From Histomonas meleagridis 2922-C6/04-290x (Eukaryota > Protista > Parabasalia), in the NCBI GenBank assembly GCA_020184695.1, contig JAANOX010000128.1:1-64000 (forward strand): a stretch of DNA of 64,000 nucleotides, given 5' to 3'. The notes beneath the pieces were generated by a model, which did not search any database, was not told the DNA's origin, and saw only the letters and a program-made list of their open reading frames with translations. Below are positions 22,185-33,928 of this stretch, in pieces; the first letter of the stretch is position 1, and each line of letters starts with the position of its first letter. The translations under genes and the position numbers were made by a program.

Positions 22185-23480
22185 TTACTCTTCCAGCTTC
22201 ACCTCAATTCTCTTTGTATTCTCCACTACTTCCATTTCTTTCATTATTTCGAACACTTTGGAGCAATTCTTATTTTCACATCTACAAATAATTCCAACTT
22301 CTGATGACAAGCATTTTCTAAACAAAACCTTCAGCTCCGCTGTTGCAGGAAAGCAAACTTCAGCCTTGTTTGAGAAATAATCTGCAAATAATTGTCCTTG
22401 ACATATCAATTCCTCAACAATTGGAATCAATTGATCAGCAAGCCTTTCGTGGCTTACATCAATAAACTTTTCAGGAGTTGTATTTCTGATGACAATATAT
22501 GTTCCAAATTCTTTTCTTCCATTTTTCGTTTCAATTTTCATTCGTTCAACATATTTTTTTAATGGCCGAATGAGGTGTGGAATCGTTCGTAATATTTCGA
22601 ATGAAGGAACACAGTTTGGTTCAAGACACATTAAGAATCGAAACTTTTTAAATCGAAGTGCAACAAGTGGATGAGGTTCACCATTAATAAATATTGGAGG
22701 TGAATATGAAGAAATGTTATTTAGTGTGGACATATACACGCCAATTGTCCAATATAATTTCTCATCTTCTTTCGTTAGAACTCGAGGATAAAGATATTGA
22801 AATTTGGTCCTAAGGCAATAAGAAAGAGTTTCAGCAACGTTTGTCGGAAATGTGTAAAAAATGACATAACGTGAATACATAAGAATGATATATTTGATGG
22901 GAGTACGAGAATTGACAACTGTTTGAATAATTGGATAAAAATTGCGAGTGATGCGATTGTCGATGTGAAGTTGATAGAAAGAATGAAATAATGTACAGAA
23001 ATCTAAATCACACCATTTAACAGAATGAATAATAAGAGAAAATGCGGCCTGAATACTGCTACGGGAATTGGTGTCAAGGTAACCACTGGAATCTCGTTGA
23101 ATTGGTGGGAAAAATAGATTATAAATATCTCGACATAAACGAAGAGATGAAGACAGAATATTAACGTTTGAAGAGCGATGTGAGGCATTTCGTTGAACTG
23201 CCATCCAAACGTTGTTACCTAATTCTAAAATACTTGATTCATATAAATTTGTCGTAATGTAATCACAATGAAATTCTTGAGTAAAATATTTTGTAAATTT
23301 GATGAAAGTTAAATAAAGTCCTGCTAGATTCATTGAAGTATAAGAATTCTTATCTGCATGAGCGAAGTATGAAAAATAAACCAAGGGCTCACTTAGCTGA
23401 GACTGTGAAAGTTTGGAGTCGAATATTATGAAGCTATTAATATCATTTTTATTTGTGAACTCAGAATCCAGCCCCAGCAT
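22185..23480 (-). CDS. CCZ1: CCZ1-like longin-domain protein (Mon1-Ccz1 Rab7 GEF subunit)
   Basis: N-terminus FIIFDSKL...AGLYLTFIKFTKYFT...ILELGNNVWMAV resembles CCZ1 FFIYN...GL.EAIVQFTRTF...E.E.NFWMV. Confidence 0.65.
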   Translation of the reverse strand: MLGLDSEFTNKNDINSFIIFDSKLSQSQLSEPLVYFSYFAHADKNSYTSMNLAGLYLTFIKFTKYFTQEFHCDYITTNLYESSILELGNNVWMAVQRNASHRSSNVNILSSSLRLCRDIYNLFFPPIQRDSSGYLDTNSRSSIQAAFSLIIHSVKWCDLDFCTLFHSFYQLHIDNRITRNFYPIIQTVVNSRTPIKYIILMYSRYVIFYTFPTNVAETLSYCLRTKFQYLYPRVLTKEDEKLYWTIGVYMSTLNNISSYSPPIFINGEPHPLVALRFKKFRFLMCLEPNCVPSFEILRTIPHLIRPLKKYVERMKIETKNGRKEFGTYIVIRNTTPEKFIDVSHERLADQLIPIVEELICQGQLFADYFSNKAEVCFPATAELKVLFRKCLSSEVGIICRCENKNCSKVFEIMKEMEVVENTKRIEVKLEE

Positions 23481-23615
23481 TTGACAGATACATTTTTTGT
23501 CAAATTTTGTATCAGTTCCAAAATTGAAAAAAAATAAATTTCTGTTATGAAAACGTTTAAAATTCAGATGTACGATAGAACGGTTATTTCGTCCAATTAA
23601 AAAAAATCATTTTAT

Positions 23616-24317
23616 TTATTGTTCAGGGACAAAAATGGTATCTGGAACTCTTTCTGGTTTTCCATTAGATGCATCACAAACCCAAAACATCTCGATTTCC
23701 CATTTCTTATTTTGGGATTCATGTAATCCTTTGATAATTTCAGCAACAATTGGAACAGCTTCAGCAACAGTTACTTTCCCCCACTCAGTTCGTTGAAGTT
23801 CTGCCCTTGCAAGGCTGCTTCCTTTTCCAAAGCAACATGCATAATATCCAAAGTAATTTCCATTTGGCTCAAGTGCATAAAGATAAGGTCCTTCTAATGA
23901 CCCAAATAAGAGAGTGCATCCATAAGGTCTAATTGAAGCAAAAGCATGAGCTTGATGAAATGTTGATGCAACACGTGAAACAAGTTCTGGAACAGAAATT
24001 TGGCATCCGAAGTTATTGAAGTAAGAGTCAGCTTCTTTCCTTGCTTGAAGAACTGCTGCATAGCAATCTGGTCGATATCCAACTGTTGCACATGCAATCT
24101 TAGTATCTACCCAGAAAACACGTTGGTTAGCTCTCTCTGCCAATAAGGGAGATGAAAGATTTTTTTCTACTGCGAAAAGAACACCATCATTACATCTTAC
24201 ACCAATTGCAAGTGTTTCCTTATCAACTGCTTTTGTTGCGTACTCTACTTGAAACAGACGACCATCTGGTGAAAATGTGAATGAATTGAAGTCATAACCA
24301 CTTCCTGCTCCAGACAT
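23616..24317 (-). CDS. PSMA3: 20S proteasome subunit alpha7 (alpha type 3)
   Basis: MSGAGSGYDFNSFTFSPDGRLFQVEYATKAV; IRPYGC. Confidence 0.95.
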   Translation of the reverse strand: MSGAGSGYDFNSFTFSPDGRLFQVEYATKAVDKETLAIGVRCNDGVLFAVEKNLSSPLLAERANQRVFWVDTKIACATVGYRPDCYAAVLQARKEADSYFNNFGCQISVPELVSRVASTFHQAHAFASIRPYGCTLLFGSLEGPYLYALEPNGNYFGYYACCFGKGSSLARAELQRTEWGKVTVAEAVPIVAEIIKGLHESQNKKWEIEMFWVCDASNGKPERVPDTIFVPEQ

Positions 24318-24932
24318 TTCCTTTTTTTAAATAACAGTAATTTTCCATTCAATTTTTCCGCCACTTTTTTAATTGGCCAACTAATATATAGATAACACGA
24401 TAGAATCGAAAAGGTTCTGAACAAAAAATTGTTCTCTTCTCTTATAGGTAGTTCACTAAAATACATAAAAATTCAGTCTAAAAAATATTGTTGCTGCATT
24501 AAATCGTTTGTGTTATTATGAAACTATTTAAAAAGCAGTGTGTGATTATTAAAATTTTAATTTAAATTCAGATCTTGCTTTTAATTACTGACCCTGGCGC
24601 TACTAGTTTTTGCGAATAAAAAATAACAGAATCATTTGTAAAATGCGGAAAAAAGAAAAATCAAATTTCGAAAATTAGAGTTTAATTCTTTGCTCATTAA
24701 AATAAACCTTTCAATAAGCAAGGTTACCTACAATGTAATACATTTTGCAAGATCTGCTTTTTTTATTCTTAACTGTGATAAAAATTTTTAACTCAACGTT
24801 GAGTGAATTGAATTCCATTGTTTTTGACGATGGTTCTGACATTACCGATTATTTTGTATTTAATGAATGGATTTTAATTCAATTTTGAGGGCCCACAGAA
24901 AAATGAGAATGTCGGTTGGATCTTGAATGACA

Positions 24933-24937
24933 TCATT
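24933..24937 (+). promoter_or_regulatory. Trichomonad-type initiator (TCATT) of the legumain gene
   Basis: TCAYW motif 8 nt before ATG 24945, which supports that start over 24927. Confidence 0.55.
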
Positions 24938-24944
24938 CACACAA

Positions 24945-26105
24945 ATGTTTTCCTTCTTACTTGCGTTAGCATCCTGCAAGCGCTATGCAGTTTTGCTTGC
25001 CGGCTCAAACGGCTGGAGCAACTACCGCCACCAAGCCGATATCTGCACCATCTATCAATTACTCATCAACCGTGGTTTCACAGATGATGAAATCACAATG
25101 ATGCAATATGATGATATCGCAACATACTCAAGAAACCCATTCAAAGGTCAAATCTTCCACACATCAGCTCATGAAAACGTCTATCCAGGAACTGAGAAAA
25201 TGGATTACACTAAGAGCAAAGTTACAGCTAATAACTTCTACTCTGCCTTAGCATCCGTTAAGTCAACATCCCAAGATTATGTTTTCATCTACTATGATAA
25301 CCATGGTGGTCCAGGTATCCTTGGTATGCCAGCTGGTGGTAACATCCAGACAGCACAACTTAATGATGCCCTTAATCAAATGAACAACCTTCATCTTTAC
25401 AAGTACTGCTTATTCGGTATCGAAGCCTGCTATGCTGGTTCCCTTGCCCAAGAATTCACAGCACCAAACATGTGCACAATCACAGCTGCTAATGAAAAGG
25501 AATCCTCCTATGCTGCTGTTTATGATTCAGCCATTGGTACATATCTTTCCAATGAATTCACAAACTATTGGATCAATGAAATGGAAACCAACCCAACAGA
25601 AACAATTGGTGATCTTTACACCAACCTTAAGTCCCTTACAAAAGGATCCCATGTTATGTTCTATGGTGATGAATCAATGAAGTCAATGACAGTTGATACA
25701 TTCTTCGGCACGCCAAACAAACTTCTCCACAGATCAATCGGCAAAGTTGACATTGTTCCACAACGTGAAGCCACAAAGATGACACTCAAGATGATGAAGG
25801 AACACACAGACCCAGCCGTCCGCACACGTGGTGCCCTCTTAAAGCAAAAGCTTGGCTCATTGTCACGTAAGCTCAACTTCGTTCTTGACGCACTCGTTAA
25901 GAACATCGATCCAAAGAACTACGACAAGATCATGAAGGATGTCGACGCACCATACACTAAGGAATACTACCAAGTCCTCGACGTCTTCCTTGAAAAGTTC
26001 GGTGAAATGAACCCAGACGATTTTGGTCGCTTAATGGTTTTGAAGGCTCTCGTTGCTACACACCCAGCTGCTGAAGTCATCCAAACAATCAACGAATTCC
26101 TTTGA
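24945..26105 (+). CDS. LGMN: Legumain / asparaginyl endopeptidase (peptidase C13)
   Basis: Short signal peptide; YAVLLAGSNGWSNYRHQADIC; catalytic His (DNHGG) and Cys (IEACYAGS); strong C-ending codon bias suggests high expression. Confidence 0.95.
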   Translation: MFSFLLALASCKRYAVLLAGSNGWSNYRHQADICTIYQLLINRGFTDDEITMMQYDDIATYSRNPFKGQIFHTSAHENVYPGTEKMDYTKSKVTANNFYSALASVKSTSQDYVFIYYDNHGGPGILGMPAGGNIQTAQLNDALNQMNNLHLYKYCLFGIEACYAGSLAQEFTAPNMCTITAANEKESSYAAVYDSAIGTYLSNEFTNYWINEMETNPTETIGDLYTNLKSLTKGSHVMFYGDESMKSMTVDTFFGTPNKLLHRSIGKVDIVPQREATKMTLKMMKEHTDPAVRTRGALLKQKLGSLSRKLNFVLDALVKNIDPKNYDKIMKDVDAPYTKEYYQVLDVFLEKFGEMNPDDFGRLMVLKALVATHPAAEVIQTINEFL

Positions 26106-26594
26106 AACATTTGGTAAAAAAAACCATTTTTCGATTTTTATTGGTTACTTGTAATGTATGTTTGCAAATTAATTTTGGATTGTGTTACTGCATTGGACGT
26201 AATGTTAATGCAGAAGTCATTGAACAAGTTTCTTCAATATGATTGGAATTATATTTTAGGGAAATGCAGAGTTGTATCAATACCATTAGTGGATTTAATA
26301 ATAATTTCGTCATTCGTTATGAATGGATTTGGGAGTATGAAATAGAATGATAAAAAGATTTTTGATTCTTCTCGAAAGTTGAGTTACACGAACTTTTTGA
26401 TTCTTTTTGTGTCTAGACAAAAAATTTGAAATGAAAATCAAACGTTTTATCACACAACACATTTATGCTCATGAAGTATCTGCAAAACATAAATCAGCTG
26501 AATTCTAGTTTTATTAAATATCTTCATCAATGCAATTCATCAAAACAAAAACATTTAATTCGCAGTTCGAAAGCCTTCTTTATTTAATAACCTT

Positions 26595-28709
26595 TCAAAC
26601 AGTTAACGGGTAATATTCCTTTGTGTCCCAATTATCCAACATGAATGTCATGAAAGCGATTGAAATGTCCGAGTACTGTTTAATCTGCCCTGGCTCAGTG
26701 AAGTCCGCGGCCGTCTGCACGATGTTTGGCGCGAAGACGATGGCCATATTCTTTGACCCCATCTTCGTAACGTTTTCAAATTTGATCAGTTTTTGTAAGA
26801 AACCGACCAAAAAACCGAACAATTTGAGATGTGCGGTTGGCAAATTCTTTACAACGAAATTGATGTAATCGTTGGTCTCAAAAGCGGTTTTCAAGCAAGG
26901 CAACGTCTCAGCAGGCACTATAGGGTTAGGGATATCTCTAAACCACATCTTAAACAATGACAACACGTCAAACAACTTCGCATTTTGGAAATCAATTGTA
27001 CCTTTCGAATAATCTGAAGCCATTTGTTGAACTAGCTTAATATTTCCTGGTAACCGAAAGATTCCTTCCATAGCTCCGGGGTTCTTTTGTAAAATGGCTT
27101 CGGACATTTGATAGACAATTATCGGAATTGGGAAATTTGGATATTTCTTACGCTGAAACCATAAATGCTCATAGATAGAAGCATCAAATGCACAGTACTC
27201 GTTGTTGATTTGTTGTGGGATCCTGCTGACGTAACCAAGTCCTAAATCAGTTTTCGGTTTGCCAATAGCACATCGAGACGTAAAACGAATATAACACAAT
27301 TGGGCTAAATGCGATATCTCACGACGATGTGCTGATGATCTTTGAGCTAAATGTGACTTAATCCAAATTTCTCCATTTCGAGATGATGGAAATATTGTAG
27401 CAATGATCAAAAACAAGTTCCAAGTTTTAAGCTCCCATTCAGGCTCTGGGTTTTGTCGAGTTTGTTTAATTAATTGGAAATAAACTTCGTCGTATAAACT
27501 TGGATTATTATTTAAAATTTGGACAAGTTGCTCGGCACTGTTAGCTGGTCCTTTGGTGACGCCAATGTATGTTAGTATTAACTTGAAGCATTTGACGGCG
27601 TTCTTTTGGTCGGCCGGATTACTTAATTTTATCAATGAAGAAGTCAATGGCTCCTTGGAAAACTGTGTCATCTGTTCAGCTGAGACTAATTTACGACTAA
27701 AGACACGGCGTTTACGATGTTCACGAAAGAATTGTTTGGCATAATCTTCAACTTGGAATTTTTGTATGTCATCTCTAATATCAGTGGGCAAGAAAGGTGC
27801 ATTTTTATCTGGCACAAATGAATTTTTGCGTTGTTCTTGTTGTTGGTTTGCAGATTTCTTCTCGTCAAATTTACTGACAGCATCTGGAACATCTAAAAGA
27901 GCTGTTGAATTATGCCTACGGTCACGACGGCGGCCACGTCGCTTATGTGATTGGCTGCCAGTATCAGTTTCAAGTGGAGATGTTGTGTAAATGGCACTTT
28001 TTCGGCTACTCAGATTTGATGACTTCTGTGTAGAATCAGTACGAAGCAATGGAAGCGGTGATTCCTTGGGCATCTTTTGTACTGTTTCAAAGATAGCAGC
28101 GCTACGAGTAACTCGCAATGGTTGATTGGTAGATTCGACACTTGCAACACTGCTTTCATCGGTGCCATGATCTTTTTCAACATTTGCATTGGGAGCTTCT
28201 TGTGGTTGCTTTGATTGTTCTTTGGAGTTAAGTTTTGGATCTTTTGATTCTTCAATTGGAGTTGTTTTTGTTTCTGAAGGTGTTGGTTCTGTGGGCACTG
28301 GTGCTGATTCTTCTTTAGGAGGCTCAATAGGTGATGGTTCTTTTGGTTTTTCATCATTTGATGGATTGGCTTGATCGATTTTTTCAGGTTCTGGGGTAAT
28401 ATTAGAATCGCCTGCAGGAGGGGCTTCGATTTTTGGTTGAGTATTACTGTTTTCAGAAGGCGGAGGATCAGGATTGGATGTTCCAAGATTTAATTTATTT
28501 TGTTGCTCCAACAACAATGACTTATACGCTTGGAGCATCATATGATATTCCGGGTTTTCGGCTGGGTCAACTTCAATAGGAGTTAATGTTGTTGGATCAA
28601 GAACAATACCATTATTAGGGAATTGATAGGTTGTGACATTTGTTGCGGGGTCAAAGAAGTATTGAGTTCCATCCGAATAATAGCGATAATATACTTGTAT
28701 CATTGACAT
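26595..28709 (-). CDS. WW-like + MyTH4 + RhoGAP protein (ARHGAP39/Vilse-like)
   Basis: N-terminal WW-like YYRYYSDGTQYFFDPATNVTTYQFP; MyTH4 (FSKEPLTSSL, DEVYFQLIKQT); RhoGAP arginine finger EGIFRLPGN and KMGSKNMAIVFAPN. Confidence 0.88.
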   Translation of the reverse strand: MSMIQVYYRYYSDGTQYFFDPATNVTTYQFPNNGIVLDPTTLTPIEVDPAENPEYHMMLQAYKSLLLEQQNKLNLGTSNPDPPPSENSNTQPKIEAPPAGDSNITPEPEKIDQANPSNDEKPKEPSPIEPPKEESAPVPTEPTPSETKTTPIEESKDPKLNSKEQSKQPQEAPNANVEKDHGTDESSVASVESTNQPLRVTRSAAIFETVQKMPKESPLPLLRTDSTQKSSNLSSRKSAIYTTSPLETDTGSQSHKRRGRRRDRRHNSTALLDVPDAVSKFDEKKSANQQQEQRKNSFVPDKNAPFLPTDIRDDIQKFQVEDYAKQFFREHRKRRVFSRKLVSAEQMTQFSKEPLTSSLIKLSNPADQKNAVKCFKLILTYIGVTKGPANSAEQLVQILNNNPSLYDEVYFQLIKQTRQNPEPEWELKTWNLFLIIATIFPSSRNGEIWIKSHLAQRSSAHRREISHLAQLCYIRFTSRCAIGKPKTDLGLGYVSRIPQQINNEYCAFDASIYEHLWFQRKKYPNFPIPIIVYQMSEAILQKNPGAMEGIFRLPGNIKLVQQMASDYSKGTIDFQNAKLFDVLSLFKMWFRDIPNPIVPAETLPCLKTAFETNDYINFVVKNLPTAHLKLFGFLVGFLQKLIKFENVTKMGSKNMAIVFAPNIVQTAADFTEPGQIKQYSDISIAFMTFMLDNWDTKEYYPLTV

Positions 28710-29403
28710 CTTGTCAATAAGATTTTGGTCATCGGTTTGACGATAACGTCTTTTAATTGAATTTCAGGAAATTTTTCTATACTTTTAATAATTTTAACGT
28801 CTTCGTAAGAAAAGGTTGGCAATATATTTAAAACGCAAAAAAAAATTGGAGTTTACAATGAAGAAAACGAAAAGAAAATGCAAAAACTTTCGTAAAGATT
28901 AAAACCTTTTGTTGTTTTTTTTAATTCTTCTTTCCAAAGTTTAAGAAATCATTGGGAAATAAATTTTTCATTGTAGATAAACTCAATGAATTACACAAAA
29001 TAATCGATAAAAAAGTGACAGCCTTTCGTTGCGCGGGGATTTTTGCACAAAATTATTTTTTTAATGTACTACGGTATTTTCGTTAATTAATTACTAAAGG
29101 CGTTCAGCATTTGGAAGCTTTTGAATTTTCTTACTTCCAGAAATTATGACAAAAATAATTTAGTCATATGAAAAAAGTAAACATAAAATAACCATAAAAA
29201 GCGCATACATAAAACGAAAATCAATTGTTTTGGTATTAAAAGTTTATCTTTTGTGATTGAAGTGATTCATCTTCTGGAAAGTTTTAAACGGCTTCATCAG
29301 TTTTGGTTAACCAGGTGAACTGTTGATCGTTTATTTTTCCGATAGAGTCAAAAAGGCAGAAAATTTGAATGGTCGACCGGTAGAGATTGTTTAGCTAAAC
29401 GAA

Positions 29404-30411
29404 ATGGAAAAAGAACAGATACAAAAAGAAATCAATGAAAAATCTCTTCTTGAAAATGCAAACAATGCAATAAATGCAATTGTTCGTCCACCAAGAACAG
29501 ATTATCTAGAATCTGATATTACACCAATTTGTTTTCCTGGTAGTATTTCAGCAATTATTCCAATACCAGTAACATTTTTAAATCGAAGCAAAGTCAAAAT
29601 AGTTGGTACAGTTTATAAATCATCCACATTTTTAAAAGAAGATCGTCATCGTTGTGTAATATATCTTCACGGTAATATTGGCACTCAACTTGAAGGACGG
29701 TTTTTAGTACGACATCTTTGTCCACGCGGTGTATCTGTTTTTTGTTTTGATTTCAGTGGTAGTGGACATTCAGGAGGGGAATATGTTACTTTAGGTTATC
29801 GCGAGCATACTGACATTTTAGATTCCATCGAATTTTTAAAGACATCTTTTTTATATACAGATTTTGTATTATGGGGAAGATCGATGGGTGCCTCTTCAGC
29901 CATAATGGCAGCACCTCTTCATCCACAAATACGTGGCATTATCGCTGATAGTGGATATTCCTCGTTAAATGATCTTTTTTCTGCGATTGCGACACAAATC
30001 CAATTGCCCAGCTTCATCAAAACCGTTGGGATCTGGTGGATTAAAAGAGAAGTACAATCGCGCGCAGGCTTTGATTGTGATCTTGTTAATCCATTAAAGT
30101 CTGGGCAGCAATCGAATGTTCCTTTAATGTTAGGTCATTGCATCGATGATAATTTCATTCCTTATGAGCAAGGATTAAATATATTTCAAAATTATCTTTG
30201 CAAAGATAAGGAAATGATGACTTTGGAAGGTGGTCATAACGGAAGAAGAGATCAAGGATGGATAATGAAGTGCATTCGATTCGTGCTAAGAGTGTTCGAG
30301 TTGCCGTTTCAATACTTCGAGGTTGAGATCACTCCTGAAACGATTCAACACGTCGCATCGTTCTTGGAGTTGTTGAAATCGTACCAAAAATCAAAACAAA
30401 CAGATGCTTAA
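29404..30411 (+). CDS. Alpha/beta hydrolase (ABHD/YqkD-like)
   Basis: VIYLHGN oxyanion region; nucleophile GRSMG; D in CIDDNFIP; H in GGHNG. Confidence 0.9.
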   Translation: MEKEQIQKEINEKSLLENANNAINAIVRPPRTDYLESDITPICFPGSISAIIPIPVTFLNRSKVKIVGTVYKSSTFLKEDRHRCVIYLHGNIGTQLEGRFLVRHLCPRGVSVFCFDFSGSGHSGGEYVTLGYREHTDILDSIEFLKTSFLYTDFVLWGRSMGASSAIMAAPLHPQIRGIIADSGYSSLNDLFSAIATQIQLPSFIKTVGIWWIKREVQSRAGFDCDLVNPLKSGQQSNVPLMLGHCIDDNFIPYEQGLNIFQNYLCKDKEMMTLEGGHNGRRDQGWIMKCIRFVLRVFELPFQYFEVEITPETIQHVASFLELLKSYQKSKQTDA

Positions 30412-30865
30412 GCAACTCTTAGAGTTGGCTGCAATTATTGTTGTTTTTTAAATTGTTATTTTCAATTCTATATTTCATTTTACTTTTTGGTATTAAATGA
30501 TTTGGTGGAATTTTATTTAAAAAACATGTTAAGACCATTCATAAAGAATTAAAATTTTCAGATCTGTAGGAAAAAAAACAAAATATTAAAATGTTTCAAA
30601 TTTAAAAAAAAAAATTCATATATGAATAGGTAAATTCCAATCAAAGATATTCTTCATTAGCTGTTTTTATATATTTTCACATAAATAGGTATAAATATTA
30701 AAATTTCAATTGCTTTAAAATATCTTATGATGTGAACTACTTAGCATTGCTTTGTTTATTGTTGATAATGAATTGGAGCCTTTTATCCTATGGAATCATA
30801 TAAGCATGATTTAAATATGTGTTAAATAATTTAATAAATGAATGTATAAAATAATTTGAAAAATT

Positions 30866-30891
30866 TATATATATATATATATATATATATA
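30866..30891. repeat. (TA)13 microsatellite
   Basis: Read directly from the sequence. Confidence 0.95.
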
Positions 30892-31672
30892 AATATTATT
30901 AATACTGATCAAATAGTTCTTGTTTGTGAAGTAAATTATCTATTTTGACATAATCTTTTGTTAGTCCATATACGTGTACTATTTTAATTTATAAAAATAT
31001 TTTCAAATAAATCAAATTTTTATCTTCTACATGAATGAGAATTCTTTTTTGGTTGTTTTGATTATATAAAAATTAATTTATTTAAAATTTATTATTGTTT
31101 TTATTTGATATATTCCATTTGCTATTTATTGGAACATTAAAAGAACATGAATCAAAAACACATAAATCAGTTAATGAATGTATTTTAATACTATTGCAAG
31201 TGATTTCATAACATAAGGACAATCATTAACACCATCATTATTACATATATCTGTTGGTATAACACCAAACTCATAATTATGTAAGTGGTACAAATGATGC
31301 TATAGTATGTATAATTATCATCAAAAAATATTTCTAAAATGTTAACCTTGAAGATCTTGAGTAATTTTGTTTAATATGTTTCAGGATCCTTATCTGATCC
31401 TAATCCGAGAACAGAAGTATTTCATTGTGCATTGCAATTTTCGAAAACATGAATTTCTCAACTAACCAAATTTGTTAAATCTTCCCACGTCGGCAAAATG
31501 ATAATACATTGGAATTAGCTTTTGTAAAAAGACAAATTGTAAAATTCAAGGCAAAGGCCATAAATTAAAAATAAATTTATATTAATGTTTTGCATTATTA
31601 AGTTTCATTTTCAATTCTCTTAAATTTGCTGATAAAATACGAAAAATCAAATTTACAAAACTCATTTTATTT

Positions 31673-33928
31673 CTATTGCTTTTCAAGTTCGCGATTTGCC
31701 TCTTGGATTAGTTCGTTGACTTCTTCAACTGTTGCCTTTTCGATGAGCATTTCCAAATTCCTCAGCGGCATTTCATCGATCACTTTCCGTACGAATCCTT
31801 CAGTGTTCATAAGCGCCAACATTTGCTGCTTCATTTCAGGATATTTATCCATATATTTAAGGAAGACTTCTTTTGTTATTGGATTATCTAATAAGATTCC
31901 AATTGTTGTGTTTCGATGAACTTTAAATATTTTCTTTGTTGTCGATTCAATATGAATTTTATCCCTTAAAATAATTTCATTGACTGATTTTCCAACTAAA
32001 ATTTCATATTCTCCAGTCGGTACATACCAATCTTTAAGTTCTTCATCATAAAAGGCAAACGACCGTTTGTCGAGCGTCACTTTTACGGTTTTGGTTTCAT
32101 TCGGTTTAAGTTCAACTTTTGCAAATCCTTTTAATTCTTTGGCTGGACGATTAATTGTATTTGTTAGATCAGAGACATAAACTTGAATTACTTCTTTGCC
32201 TGATAAAGATCCAGTGTTTTTAACATCAATTTCAATATCAACAGTTTCATTATCTTTCATAGATTTCTTACTTAGAACAAGATGCGAGTATTCAAAAGTA
32301 GTGTAACTTAGTCCGTACCCAAATGGGAATAAAACATCTAGTTTTTTCGTATCATAATACCTATATCCAACAAACATTCGTTCTTGATATATAACTTTAC
32401 CATCGTGACCTGGGAAATCGAGGAAAGATGGATTGTGTTCAATTCTAAGTGGAAATGTTTCTGCTAATCTTCCAGATGGATTAACTTTACCAAAAAGAAT
32501 ATCAACAATTGCTTCTCCTATGGCTTCTCCTCCAAGGTATGTTTCTAATATTCCGTTAACTTTATCAACCCATGGCATTGTAACAGGGGATCCTCCATGT
32601 AAAACAATTACAACATTTTCATTAACTTCTGCTATTTTTTCTACAAGGACATTATGTGATTCTGGTAAGTTGATATTTGTTTTATCAAAACCTTCTGATT
32701 CATCTTTCTCTAAAAGTCCAATAAAAAGAACCGCTACATCGGCGTCGGTTGCCGCTTTAACGGCTTCCTCAATGAGTTTTTCATCGGCTTTTTCAGAATC
32801 GTACCCTTTGGAGAACGTTACGGAGTCAGTGAATTCCTTTGTGAGGTCCAATGCGTTGCTGATTTTATATGGTGTAATTCGTGAACTACCTGATCCTTGA
32901 TATCTAGGGTTCATAGCAAAGTCACCAATGAATGCTATTTTTTGTGTTTTTTGAAGCGGGAGAATGTTATTGTTATTTTTCAAAAGAACAATACTTTCGC
33001 TTGCAATTTTCCTTGCAAGGTCATGATGCTCTTGCTTGTTATATTCCATTTGCTTCTTATTTTCAACACATTTAAATACAATATTCAATATGCGTTCGAC
33101 GCAACGATCAACAATTTCTTCATCTAGTTTCCCGGATTTCACAGCGTCTACAATTAGTTGATCATTACCTGGTGCAGGTCCAGGCATTTGTAATTCAAGT
33201 CCAGCTTTAATACCTTCAACACGATCGTTTACAGCATACCAATCAGACATTACAAATCCTTTGTATCCCCATTCGCTTCTTAATATATCTTCAAGAAGGT
33301 ATTTATTTTCTGATGAAAATGTTCCATTGACTTTATTATAAGAACACATAACTGAATACGGTTGGGAATCTTTGATTGCGCCTTCAAATCCTGTAAGGTA
33401 AATCTCACGAAGAGTTCTATCATCAATAATTGCATTCACAAACATTCGATTAAATTCTTGATTGTTTGCTGCAAAATGTTTAATGCAAGCGCCAACACCC
33501 ATGGATTGTATTCCTTTTATAATTCCTGCCGCAAGTTTTGATATCAAATATGGATCTTCAGAAAAATATTCAAAGTTACGGCCACATAATGGTGAACGCT
33601 TGATGTTAACACCAGGGCCAAGTATTATACTGACATCTTTTGCTTGCGCTTCTTCACCAAGTGCTTTTCCCATTTCAAATAGAAGATCTGGATCAAATGA
33701 ACATGCTGTTGTGCATGCCGTTGGGAAGCACGTTGCTTCTTCATTGTGTTCTATGTCAATTGAACTTTTCTTTTCATATTCTTTCCGAATTCCATGTGGT
33801 CCATCTGTTACCATAATAGATGGAATTTTAAGTCTAGGAATTGCTTTTGTATGCCATGCATCACCACCTGAACAAAGTGATGCTTTTTCTTCTAGTGTCA
33901 TCTGGGAAATTAGAGAGGAAAAATCCAT
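31673..33928 (-). CDS. GH3 beta-glucosidase with fibronectin-III-like C-terminal domain, bacterial type
   Basis: TLEEKASLCSG, VTDGPHGIRK, GPGVNIKRSPLCGRNFEYFSEDP, KHFAANNQE, nucleophile MSDW, acid/base ESEGFD, PFGYGLSYTTF. Start moved to ATG 33928, directly after an Inr (TCACT). Confidence 0.95.
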   Translation of the reverse strand: MDFSSLISQMTLEEKASLCSGGDAWHTKAIPRLKIPSIMVTDGPHGIRKEYEKKSSIDIEHNEEATCFPTACTTACSFDPDLLFEMGKALGEEAQAKDVSIILGPGVNIKRSPLCGRNFEYFSEDPYLISKLAAGIIKGIQSMGVGACIKHFAANNQEFNRMFVNAIIDDRTLREIYLTGFEGAIKDSQPYSVMCSYNKVNGTFSSENKYLLEDILRSEWGYKGFVMSDWYAVNDRVEGIKAGLELQMPGPAPGNDQLIVDAVKSGKLDEEIVDRCVERILNIVFKCVENKKQMEYNKQEHHDLARKIASESIVLLKNNNNILPLQKTQKIAFIGDFAMNPRYQGSGSSRITPYKISNALDLTKEFTDSVTFSKGYDSEKADEKLIEEAVKAATDADVAVLFIGLLEKDESEGFDKTNINLPESHNVLVEKIAEVNENVVIVLHGGSPVTMPWVDKVNGILETYLGGEAIGEAIVDILFGKVNPSGRLAETFPLRIEHNPSFLDFPGHDGKVIYQERMFVGYRYYDTKKLDVLFPFGYGLSYTTFEYSHLVLSKKSMKDNETVDIEIDVKNTGSLSGKEVIQVYVSDLTNTINRPAKELKGFAKVELKPNETKTVKVTLDKRSFAFYDEELKDWYVPTGEYEILVGKSVNEIILRDKIHIESTTKKIFKVHRNTTIGILLDNPITKEVFLKYMDKYPEMKQQMLALMNTEGFVRKVIDEMPLRNLEMLIEKATVEEVNELIQEANRELEKQ

